Part shown: piece by piece, positions 38,858 through 46,643 of the stretch | How positions within the stretch are numbered: the stretch's first letter is position 1 | Layout: every line of letters begins with the position of its first letter | Virus record (IMG/VR): IMGVR_UViG_3300048839_000196 | Span: 1 to 64,000 of that record | Direction: 5' to 3' (one strand) | Source of the DNA: a virus | DNA length: 64,000 bases | Translations under genes and position numbers: made by a program | Notes under the pieces: model-generated | Databases searched by the model: none | The model's input: the letters and a program-made list of their open reading frames with translations, nothing else | Told to the model about the DNA's origin: nothing

Positions 38858-38991
38858 TGCTGCCAACACCTGCTTTGCAAAAAAGGGGCAGACGGATGTA
38901 AGTCAGCGTTTGTTTATAAATCAACTTTTGTAGTTATGCCAAGCGAAGTGCAATAAATCCCCTTCTTCGCAAAGCATTGTAACGTTATGCG
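38858..38991. repeat. attC-like hairpin site (long)
   Basis: TGCTGCCAAC-acc-TGCTTTGC-AAAAAAGGGG...CCCCTTCTT-c-GCAAAGCA-ttgtaac-GTTATGCG. Confidence 0.7.
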
Positions 38992-39058
38992 AAAATAATT
39001 TGCATTAACCAGTTAAAAAATCAGCCACAATCTCTGGTGACTAAGTATAGATTCATGG

Positions 39059-40204
39059 CTATTTATTTATCTCGTCATCAAATAATCCCTCCATACTCTC
39101 AAGAATGCGTGCATCCCGGCTGCCAGCTCTGCCAGTAACGATCTCATTGTACCCGTAAAGCGCCTTCGCCGTTTCATTGAAGGCAAAGTCCTTTACGAAT
39201 GATGCGCGCTGTGTCACCGGGTCAACGTAGAACTCGCGTAAAGTTTTGATGTCATCGTGCCCGGTGTATAAGGCAGCTATAGTCTCAAGACTCATACCCA
39301 TTGCTGCGTAGTAAGTTGCGCCTGACCTGCGCAGTAGGTGAGCAGCACGCGAGTATCTAGGGATGCTTATGTAAGAAGGCTCCCCCTTGAATGATACTGT
39401 CTTGATCGTTGCATCCGCACCAAAAGCAGTAGCCAGTGCTTTCCTAACGTCATGCACAAAGCGCCTTGACCTCGGATCGCCAGACACACAGGGCGTATCG
39501 AACTTCAGGAGGTACTTTGACTCCAAGTTCGGATCGCTCGGATCGTGCCCGAAGTATTTGAAGATGCGCGTCATCAGAGCGAAAGGCACAGGTGTGCTCA
39601 TCCGTTTCTTTGTCTTTTCTGTAATGCGGGTGATCCAGTACGTCCTCCCATCTTTGGATAACTCTACATCGCCGACCCTCAAGCTGACAAGATCATTGAC
39701 CCGCCAGCAGGTTATGAGTGCCAGCTTGGTGTTGATACTGGCTGAGCTGGTGTTTGGGAGTTGCAGGATTTTTTCTACCTGCTCTACACTCAAGGCAACC
39801 ACCCGATCTTTCGGACGGATCTTTGTCTTAAAGAAATCGGGTACAGGTATCTGAAGTTTCACCCGCTTGAAGTTTCGCCAGTTCAGGAACACAACCAAGT
39901 TGGTTCTATGTTGATTGATTGTGCTGTGTTGCAGCCCCTCAATTGTATCAAGGAAATCCCGGAAGCCAAGAAAGAAATCTTCGAGCCACTGTCCCTTATC
40001 AAGGCGCTCTTGTGGTGAGCGGTTTACGGTGAAATCATAGTCGAACAGATCGAAATCTTCGATAAGTTCAGCCTGCATGTACGCCAGCATCTTGTGGTAT
40101 GTGCTTTGCCTATTGGTAGCTGTACTCGACGTGACGCGATTGCCGGTTTTTTGGTCGTCGCTCCACGCTTTCATTTGTTCAAGGAACATAAGTTTACTAT
40201 TCAT
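39059..40204 (-). CDS. Tyrosine recombinase/integrase (Bacteroidota phage-integrase type)
   Basis: Catalytic R (TCWRVND), K (TEKT), HxxR (HLLRRS), H (TGH) and Y (REFY); N-terminal SAM-like region. Confidence 0.88.
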   Translation of the reverse strand: MNSKLMFLEQMKAWSDDQKTGNRVTSSTATNRQSTYHKMLAYMQAELIEDFDLFDYDFTVNRSPQERLDKGQWLEDFFLGFRDFLDTIEGLQHSTINQHRTNLVVFLNWRNFKRVKLQIPVPDFFKTKIRPKDRVVALSVEQVEKILQLPNTSSASINTKLALITCWRVNDLVSLRVGDVELSKDGRTYWITRITEKTKKRMSTPVPFALMTRIFKYFGHDPSDPNLESKYLLKFDTPCVSGDPRSRRFVHDVRKALATAFGADATIKTVSFKGEPSYISIPRYSRAAHLLRRSGATYYAAMGMSLETIAALYTGHDDIKTLREFYVDPVTQRASFVKDFAFNETAKALYGYNEIVTGRAGSRDARILESMEGLFDDEINK

Positions 40205-40384
40205 AGTTGCGTTTGTTTTTTACGAACATCACTGCGAAGGCAGTGAACAGCCCGATGATTGGTAAGAACGCCCAGAATTGTTCGGGCGATTCGAGATATA
40301 TCGACGCCATGACGGCGACGAAAATTGAGGTTAATAGCTTGCCCATCTTTAAAGTATTATGTGATCTTGAATAACCATATTAGC

Positions 40385-41134
40385 TTAGGATTTATTTTCG
40401 CGCATGAATAGGTTTGCATAAGCCATGATCGCAAGCGGCCAACTAAGCGAGAAGATGACGTGCGAAATCATCTCCGACTTAATTACGCCCGTGACGCACA
40501 GATCGGTGATGATCTGTACGACGAAGAACGCCGTAAGCCAGATAGACCGAAGCGAAATCTCGTCTCCTCCAATAGTAATTTTCCGGTCATTAAAGTTGGC
40601 GCCGAAGAATACGCCGACCATCTCAAAGACCAGCGCTGCGGCCATGACTAGCCAGAACACAGCGCTCGCAATAGTGATGATGATACCCATGTCTTTGAAG
40701 ACGTCAATCGACAGCATCGCATACATGAACGCTTGGAATGCAAGCGCCAGTATAGCAAATACCATGTGTACAGTTGCGCTGCGCAGGAACACCATCCCGA
40801 AGTGTTCGCTGCTGATGTTCGGGAATGTAGCCGAAGTGGCAGGTTGCGTAGGCTGCTGGCTCTGAGCCTGTGCCTTTTGCGAGCTGTCTTCCATGATCCC
40901 TAACTGTATCAGTTTGGCCCGGAGTTCTGGTCGGGACAAAGCGATCAGGTCAGCGGCTTTTGCACGTGTGTCCGGGTGCTGAGCGGCGGCGGCGACCTGA
41001 TTGAGCAAAGCCTCGGCCTGCTCTATCGAGATCATTCCGGCCGTAGTTCCTCCTCGGTTCTTCCGAGAGAGGAAAGTGTCGGCACTGTCGTAGGTAGTGC
41101 CGAGATGGTCCGTGAGTAATTGGAGGTTGATCAT
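40385..41134 (-). CDS. Membrane protein (4 TM) with a soluble N-terminal domain
   Basis: Four hydrophobic helices in the C-terminal half; Q/P/T linker. Confidence 0.7.
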   Translation of the reverse strand: MINLQLLTDHLGTTYDSADTFLSRKNRGGTTAGMISIEQAEALLNQVAAAAQHPDTRAKAADLIALSRPELRAKLIQLGIMEDSSQKAQAQSQQPTQPATSATFPNISSEHFGMVFLRSATVHMVFAILALAFQAFMYAMLSIDVFKDMGIIITIASAVFWLVMAAALVFEMVGVFFGANFNDRKITIGGDEISLRSIWLTAFFVVQIITDLCVTGVIKSEMISHVIFSLSWPLAIMAYANLFMRENKS

Positions 41135-41397
41135 ACAGGTATTGTTTTGACTTCTGAAAAATCAGGGAATTTTCGCCGAAATCTATTGGTCAGATTCACA
41201 ATCTCCCGGCTTTTACCATATAAAGTTCGGCATATACACGGGCTGCCTTCGTTGTCAAGCGCAAGGTACGGCAGGGTTCCATTCTGACTAGGCTGCCAAG
41301 AGCCAAGATAGCACCATTCTGACTTATCCTTTCCGACCTTGGCGGCATTCAACACAAGTCCAGATTTGTTTATGTAGAGATCAAATGAGTATGCCAT
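41131..41397 (-). CDS. Hypothetical protein
   Basis: Coupled ORF with an A-rich leader. Confidence 0.6.
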   Translation of the reverse strand: MAYSFDLYINKSGLVLNAAKVGKDKSEWCYLGSWQPSQNGTLPYLALDNEGSPCICRTLYGKSREIVNLTNRFRRKFPDFSEVKTIPV

Positions 41398-41446
41398 AAT
41401 GTTTTACTTTTGTTTGCCCCGACCTGTGAAAGCCGGGGCTATGTGT

Positions 41447-42121
41447 TTATAAATCAAGGAACTCCGACTCTTTATACACCTTAAATCCGGGGCGCATGAC
41501 AGCAACCGTGGGATTATAGCAGCCGCTCGTATTTTGCTCTTCCCGATGGATCACTTCAAAACCAAACGGAAGTTTTGATGCTTCAACTCCGTAGTTGACC
41601 GAAGATGTCCCGATGTCGCAGATCGCAATTTCGTCGCCGGGGACGAGCACAAAATGCTGGCATGTTCCCCACTTCTCTTGCGTTGTGAACTCCGTAGTCA
41701 TCGCGCCTTGGTGTACGCCTCTCCTGCCCCTGATTTGCTTTTCAAATCTCTTGGGATAGTGCACAACTACCCTATCGTCATAAGCCCTGAGCTCGTTTCC
41801 ATGTTTCTCGCGATAGCTCTGAGTGACAGTGGTCCGCATCCAGCCTCTAGCCTCAGCAGGATTGTCACTGCTCGGCCATTTAGACGGGTACATGAAGTCA
41901 AACTCGGCTCTTGATTCTCGCTTAAACAGGGCCAGATTATCTTGCTGGCTGATTGGCATGTTGTCGTCAGGAGAAAGCGCCTCAATGAACTCGATGTTTG
42001 AAATGTTCTCATCTCTAGTTCTCGATGGAGAAACCACCCGGTTCTCAACGTACTTGCCATTGATTCTGAGCTGTGTCCCGCCGAACGCAGGTTTCCAAGT
42101 GCCGAAATCATAGATTTTCAT
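41447..42121 (-). CDS. Hypothetical protein
   Basis: 224-aa ORF with an A-rich leader. Confidence 0.65.
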   Translation of the reverse strand: MKIYDFGTWKPAFGGTQLRINGKYVENRVVSPSRTRDENISNIEFIEALSPDDNMPISQQDNLALFKRESRAEFDFMYPSKWPSSDNPAEARGWMRTTVTQSYREKHGNELRAYDDRVVVHYPKRFEKQIRGRRGVHQGAMTTEFTTQEKWGTCQHFVLVPGDEIAICDIGTSSVNYGVEASKLPFGFEVIHREEQNTSGCYNPTVAVMRPGFKVYKESEFLDL

Positions 42122-42139
42122 ATTGATTGTTTTTTTGGT

Positions 42140-42505
42140 TTACAGATAGTTTACAATTTTCGTGGTCACGAACCCGTCCTCCGGGTCCATACTAAAGAGA
42201 ACCCCTCTGACGAAAATCTCATCGTCATTCTTACAGAACGCCTCACCGAAACCCTGCTCGAAGTGGCGAAGCCTGAGCTTTGCTACCCTTAGCTGGTTTT
42301 CAAGGCGACGAACTTCCTGCTCGGCCTCGATTAATATTTCAACATCTACTGGATTATCGAACCCAACATATCCGCCCTCAGTGATATGCCCTTCGTCGAG
42401 TGGTTCAATGCAGTGAGCCATGTTTACTGACAACTGCCAGTCTGAATCGGCGAGAGCAAGGCAAACATCGCCCGTTTCCGGGTTGAAAAATAAGTCTTTC
42501 TTCAT
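42140..42505 (-). CDS. Hypothetical protein
   Basis: ORF in the early operon. Confidence 0.6.
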   Translation of the reverse strand: MKKDLFFNPETGDVCLALADSDWQLSVNMAHCIEPLDEGHITEGGYVGFDNPVDVEILIEAEQEVRRLENQLRVAKLRLRHFEQGFGEAFCKNDDEIFVRGVLFSMDPEDGFVTTKIVNYL

Positions 42506-42524
42506 AGCTATTCAGGTTTTGCGT

Positions 42525-42896
42525 TTACAATTTATCCCCAAGTTTTGGCTCGCCCACTCCGGGTGGACTGACAAGGACATCCAAATAGCCATCGCCTCCG
42601 GACTGCCCAAGATTCATTGTCTTGGCGATTACTCCTTTACGAAGGAGAGCATGCTCTTCTTCCGGCAGAAAGTCGATCAGTTGCAGGATGAACTGCTTGA
42701 GATCGGCCACCGGGATATGGATTTCGCAGCTTGCCGGGCCACGGCTATTGATCGGAGTGATCTTTACATACAGTAGCGCGCCTTCGTACCCGCCTATAAA
42801 TTCTGCTGTGTCAATCAGGTCAACGGCTTTGGAGGTCGCCCATCCTGAGCGGCCCCAATATGAGGCGGGGTGGGCGAATGGAATTACTCTTCTCAT
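42525..42896 (-). CDS. Hypothetical protein
   Basis: ORF in the early operon. Confidence 0.55.
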   Translation of the reverse strand: MRRVIPFAHPASYWGRSGWATSKAVDLIDTAEFIGGYEGALLYVKITPINSRGPASCEIHIPVADLKQFILQLIDFLPEEEHALLRKGVIAKTMNLGQSGGDGYLDVLVSPPGVGEPKLGDKL

Positions 42897-42924
42897 GGTT
42901 GGTTGGGTTGCTAGGTTATTAAAA

Positions 42925-43146
42925 TTACTGCGCGTATCGCTCCATCTCTTTGTGGATTACTGCACTTGGGTATTCATACACGGCATGCTGGTATTCAAGG
43001 CTAGCCAGCAAGTCTTCGTATGACTTTTCATCCTCGATGACCGCTCGCGGCAATTCGTCGTGGTCAATGACCACGACTCGTGAGGATTCGGAGGTAATCA
43101 CATTCTGTACAATTCCTCCCTCTACAATAATGATTATGGTATTCAT
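42925..43146 (-). CDS. Small conserved phage protein
   Basis: Motif IIIVEGG.VQ.V...VVVID.D. Confidence 0.6.
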   Translation of the reverse strand: MNTIIIIVEGGIVQNVITSESSRVVVIDHDELPRAVIEDEKSYEDLLASLEYQHAVYEYPSAVIHKEMERYAQ

Positions 43147-43165
43147 GTGGTTTTGTTTTTACAAT

Positions 43166-43411
43166 TCAAAACTTTGGCATTGGCCGGAAGGCCATGTCGA
43201 TGAAAACGATCTGTATATCCCATCCAGTTTTTTGTTTCGTGTATTCCAGCATTCTTTCTGGTATCTGAATGTTTTTATTGCATTGGGCCGTGTCATTGAA
43301 GAAAATTGCCTGCTTCTCATCTCCATCCTTACAGAGCCAGTACACTTCTCGAACTACAACCCAGCCTTGCTTGGGGTTGGTAACGTCAATGGTATTATAT
43401 CCTTTATTCAT
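43166..43411 (-). CDS. Hypothetical protein
   Basis: ORF in the early operon. Confidence 0.55.
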   Translation of the reverse strand: MNKGYNTIDVTNPKQGWVVVREVYWLCKDGDEKQAIFFNDTAQCNKNIQIPERMLEYTKQKTGWDIQIVFIDMAFRPMPKF

Positions 43412-43457
43412 GGTCTATTGGATTCACGGGGCCAGCCGAAAGGCCGCCCTGATTTGG

Positions 43458-44171
43458 TTAATTCATTACTGCTGCGTAAACGCGCTGATTGACTTCCTCG
43501 TACGTCTTAGCTGAGCGCAGCCGACCTGCTGGGCGTTTCATGCCCGGAGCTTTGAACCCGCCATTGAGGATGCGCTCTTGAAGTACATTGAGCACGGTCC
43601 AGCGGTCCATGCCCTCATCTTCAGGGCGTGCCCTTTCGAGAAGGATTCGGGCCTGCTCAGGCGTGAAGGCTTTCTTCCAGCGGGCGGCGCTGGCTTTCAT
43701 AGCCAGATTAATGGCCTGTTCCTCAGTGATCTCTTCGGCCTGCGCTTTCTCGATCTTTTGGCGCAGCTCTTGGATTTTCTCAACCATTAATTTGGTGGAT
43801 TCGATGGCGATTGACGCCTCATCACCTATGTGACGGACGGTGTACGCGCCAAATTCCTGATCTACGATGGTCATTCCGTTACTGCAAACCAGCCGGAAGA
43901 TACCGACCTGAACTGAGAACTTGGAGTTCCCGTTGTAAGAGTTCCGGATGACGATTTCGGGGTACAGAATTTCCCCTTTTGTGTTTGGAACGGCCTTGTC
44001 AAGGCGCATACGCACTATGTGGACGCCGCCTTTCTTACTAAGCCCCATTTGTTGCCGGAATTGCCAGCCGATAGTCGTCAAGTGCCCGACGAGGGCGTTT
44101 GTGCTTATGGTCCGGTAGAGTTTGGAGCGGCCAATTGGCCTTTCGTCGTAAGGTTGGAATTGATTTTGCAT
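43458..44171 (-). CDS. DUF932/DUF945-family protein
   Basis: Motifs H.VRMR, EIVIRNSYNG, GIFRLVCSNGM, RHIG and W..LNVLQE. Confidence 0.85.
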   Translation of the reverse strand: MQNQFQPYDERPIGRSKLYRTISTNALVGHLTTIGWQFRQQMGLSKKGGVHIVRMRLDKAVPNTKGEILYPEIVIRNSYNGNSKFSVQVGIFRLVCSNGMTIVDQEFGAYTVRHIGDEASIAIESTKLMVEKIQELRQKIEKAQAEEITEEQAINLAMKASAARWKKAFTPEQARILLERARPEDEGMDRWTVLNVLQERILNGGFKAPGMKRPAGRLRSAKTYEEVNQRVYAAVMN

Positions 44172-44192
44172 GGTGGTTTGATTTTGTTTTTA

Positions 44193-44223
44193 CAAAGGTA
44201 TTAAACTTTATCTGAATTGTCAA
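44193..44223 (-). promoter_or_regulatory. Early promoter with operator-like motif
   Basis: TTGACAATTCAGATAAAGTTTAA-TACCTTTG. Confidence 0.8.
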
Positions 44224-44272
44224 GTGTTTTGTGATATTTTTTTTTGAAATTTAATTTATCTATGTTAAATTT

Positions 44273-44408
44273 TAGCCCGGCAGGTGGGATTCAAACCCAC
44301 AACCCAGCCTTATTTTGCGCCGCTAAGCGCAACTTCTAGCCGGTTTTTTAGAGCAGCTTGGCCTTCGCCACTCATCATCGCGTCTGCGCAGTTTCCGCCA
44401 CTGCCGGG
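44273..44408 (-). ncRNA. Enlarged tRNA-like RNA 1
   Basis: Acceptor CCGGCAG/CTGCCGG; Leu-like D arm TGGCGGAAACTGCGCAGACGC; T arm GTGGG-TTTGAAT-CCCAC; 3' G-CTA; two extra hairpins in the middle; intergenic. Confidence 0.65.
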
Positions 44409-44414
44409 TATTTC

Positions 44415-44642
44415 TTACATCCAGCCCTGATCTACGATCTTAGGTTTGTTGTCTATGATTCGCCATACTTCCCGCCATTCGCCCCATTGGCCGCGGCGCT
44501 TGCGGAAAATCACCGCCTCGCTGTTTGCAGATGCGTCAATCATTCGCCGCACTGCCTTTAAAGCAGCCTTGTAATTTTTAAAGCATTCCCATACATGCGA
44601 TCCTTTATCTTCGATCCAAATAGTTGGCCCGTTATGTTTCAT
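44415..44642 (-). CDS. Hypothetical protein
   Basis: Coupled ORF that stops just before tRNA-like RNA 1. Confidence 0.6.
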   Translation of the reverse strand: MKHNGPTIWIEDKGSHVWECFKNYKAALKAVRRMIDASANSEAVIFRKRRGQWGEWREVWRIIDNKPKIVDQGWM

Positions 44643-44959
44643 GGTAAGTTGTTTTTGATTTTTGTCCTGTAATTTTTGCGGTCAAACTCAGTGGCCACAT
44701 AAGCAGCTATGCACTGCGTCCTGAACTCCTGATCATTTTTCTTGGCCAAGTTTTGAAGTAAATGCTTGCTCCTGATAGCCAGAAAACCACTTCCAGTTGC
44801 ATTTGAGCAAAGCCTAACTAGCGCTAGGTTAATAATAAACCTCATTCGCTTAGGCAGGATGGGTACTTTTTCAAATAAGGAGCTGTAACGATCCATAGCG
44901 CAGGCGGTAGGGGTTTTTGAACGCGTTGGTGTATTACGGTCTGGTTTTTTGTTATACAT
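44639..44959 (-). CDS. Hypothetical basic protein
   Basis: ORF in the early operon. Confidence 0.5.
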   Translation of the reverse strand: MYNKKPDRNTPTRSKTPTACAMDRYSSLFEKVPILPKRMRFIINLALVRLCSNATGSGFLAIRSKHLLQNLAKKNDQEFRTQCIAAYVATEFDRKNYRTKIKNNLP

Positions 44960-44971
44960 GGCAGGTTCTTT

Positions 44972-45235
44972 TTAAAGTCCATAATAATTTAAAGCATTCT
45001 CCAGCGTTCCTTTTGTTCCGGGCTGTAATTCCGACCTTGCTGGAATGTAGTTTCTGTAGTAATCGCGTGTTGGTTTGTCTGGCAGCCAGCAAGCGCCAGA
45101 CGTCAGGGCGACCATAGCTGCACGGCCCATTGATCCTTCAAATTTCCAGATTTCGCCGCTGTTAATAAGGCTTTGCATTTGGTCGTTTCCGGCTGCCTTT
45201 TGAGCCTTAATAAGCGCTTTAGTTGGGTTTTTCAT
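44972..45235 (-). CDS. Small conserved phage early protein
   Basis: Motif Q.LINSG..W..EGS.GRAA...L..G.C. Confidence 0.65.
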   Translation of the reverse strand: MKNPTKALIKAQKAAGNDQMQSLINSGEIWKFEGSMGRAAMVALTSGACWLPDKPTRDYYRNYIPARSELQPGTKGTLENALNYYGL

Positions 45236-45246
45236 GTTAGTAACCT

Positions 45247-45798
45247 TTACTTGCTGTGAATAAATATCCTGTCTAATGGATTTCTGTTTTGAACTCTTTT
45301 AATGTGTTCAAACATCCAGTCTGAAGGAGGGGCCGCGCATTCGTTCGCCACTAACAGCTTTAGCATGTCGTCGGCTGCCTTATTAAGCGCGTAGTCTTTA
45401 AAATCCATCTCCAAATCTTTGCATACACGCGCAAACTTTCCATAAATCTTATTTATTTTTGGCCCGCAATTTTCACGGGCAAATCTCCATTGGGATTGAC
45501 TAGTCTTGCGATTATTTTTTACCCATGCTACAATATTTTCAAATTCGTTTTTTGCGTCAGGCTCATTGTCAAGCCACATAAAGAATTGATCTATAATATA
45601 GTAAGGTTGACCAGTATAGTTGAAGGCATTGCATATCCTTATTTCCCTTTCGGGGTAAAAGTACGCATTCCAACTGCCATTCTTTAGGTTTTGCTTATGA
45701 AATTCGCACAACCCTTCGCGAAGGGTTAAACAATCGCCGTAATTTCCAATAAAGATAGCCGTATTATTTGACAGCACAAAATAAATATCTTCTTTCAT
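45247..45798 (-). CDS. Hypothetical protein
   Basis: ATG 45798 (MKEDIYF) after an A-rich leader; the track start at 45828 lies inside the tRNA-like RNA. Confidence 0.65.
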   Translation of the reverse strand: MKEDIYFVLSNNTAIFIGNYGDCLTLREGLCEFHKQNLKNGSWNAYFYPEREIRICNAFNYTGQPYYIIDQFFMWLDNEPDAKNEFENIVAWVKNNRKTSQSQWRFARENCGPKINKIYGKFARVCKDLEMDFKDYALNKAADDMLKLLVANECAAPPSDWMFEHIKRVQNRNPLDRIFIHSK

Positions 45799-45818
45799 GG
45801 ATTTTGTTTTTAATGCTT

Positions 45819-45947
45819 TAGCCCCCACCGGACGGCTCGAACGTCCTAAGTTTTTCCCGCAAGACTTACTTTATCTGATACGCTTCCAACGCTTTCCTCC
45901 GAAAGCCTCGCAGTACTCAACTATCTTGCCCTGTTGCAATGGTGGGG
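45819..45947 (-). ncRNA. Enlarged tRNA-like RNA 2
   Basis: Acceptor CCCCACC/GGTGGGG; D-like arm TTGC-AACAGG-GCAA; T arm GGACG-TTCGAGC-CGTCC; 3' G-CTA; expanded middle containing GCTTTC-GGAG-GAAAGC; intergenic. Confidence 0.65.
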
Positions 45948-45959
45948 TAAGGGATGGTA

Positions 45960-46256
45960 TTATTTAACGTCTGTCAAGCTTCCATCCCACTTTTGGCCGT
46001 TCAGATACAATTTACCGCGTTTTTGCCATACCGAAACGCCGGGGATGCCATTCAGGCGGTCTCTAGTTGTTACAGTATTCCAGTATGCCGTTGTTACTGT
46101 CAGAGTCCTTTCAGGATCATTGTAACGATATGCAATTTCATTCCCATGTAACTTGAGGATTGTTACGTTTGGCAGTACTTCCACAGAAGTATTGGAAGAC
46201 CGGAATTTTTTGCCGTTCATAAAAGCGTCAATTGCTTGTCTTGTTACTTTTCTCAT
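45960..46256 (-). CDS. Small conserved phage early protein
   Basis: Motif LHGNEIA...W.T.TTR.RLNG. Confidence 0.7.
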   Translation of the reverse strand: MRKVTRQAIDAFMNGKKFRSSNTSVEVLPNVTILKLHGNEIAYRYNDPERTLTVTTAYWNTVTTRDRLNGIPGVSVWQKRGKLYLNGQKWDGSLTDVK

Positions 46257-46277
46257 TTTAGTTGCTTTTTGATGGTA

Positions 46278-46308
46278 TAAAGATACGAAAATTTATCTAA
46301 CTTGTCAA
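46278..46308 (-). promoter_or_regulatory. Early promoter with operator-like motif
   Basis: TTGACAAGTTAGATAAATTTTCG-TATCTTTA. Confidence 0.7.
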
Positions 46309-46347
46309 TAGGTAGGGTGAAAAAATTTTCACCCTACCTATTTTTTT
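46307..46347. terminator. Perfect hairpin/terminator abutting a promoter
   Basis: AATAGGTAGGGTGAAAA-aa-TTTTCACCCTACCTATT. Confidence 0.65.
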
Positions 46348-46350
46348 GCT

Positions 46351-46632
46351 TCAAATTACAATATATTCCTTTCCGGCAAATTTCACAAATCGGATTGTAT
46401 TTAAGTCTATGCGAATGAATCCGCCTTTGTTTACGTCAAAGGCTGTAAGGTAGTCAAGCGCAATTTTCCGGCGAATTTCGGCGCTTTGCACGCCTTTGAC
46501 GCCTTTTTTAACGCCTTTTCGGATTGTCGCACAGCGTATTTCGCCGTCTTTTTTGGTGAAAATTACACGCGCAAACTTCCCATTGGTTTGATTCAACAAG
46601 TTAACCGCACCTGCTTTGCTTATCGTTTTCAT
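46351..46632 (-). CDS. WYL_2/Sm-like SH3-fold protein
   Basis: Motif V.FTKKDG.IR...T.FDV.KGGF..I...TI. Confidence 0.7.
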   Translation of the reverse strand: MKTISKAGAVNLLNQTNGKFARVIFTKKDGEIRCATIRKGVKKGVKGVQSAEIRRKIALDYLTAFDVNKGGFIRIDLNTIRFVKFAGKEYIVI

Positions 46633-46643
46633 TGTTTTGATTT

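Larger units (their letters stand above)
38466..38991. mobile_element. Integron-type gene cassette between two attC-like sites
   Basis: Outer core sites are mutually complementary, as are the inner ones; a single AT-rich ORF fills the interval. Confidence 0.65.

Noticed and set aside
39059-40204. Calling the recombinase IntI
   Set aside because: The motifs resemble Bacteroidota phage/ICE integrases and the IntI-specific insertion could not be recognised by eye.
43428-43450. GC-rich hairpin as a terminator (also about 41416-41439)
   Set aside because: No T-run on the transcribed strand; at most an mRNA stability or processing hairpin, too weak to call.
44273-45947. tmRNA or ordinary tRNA-Leu/Ser calls for the enlarged elements
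   Set aside because: They are too short for tmRNA, lack G3:U70 and a tag ORF, and have D arms; there is no 5-bp/7-nt anticodon arm, so they are not normal tRNAs.
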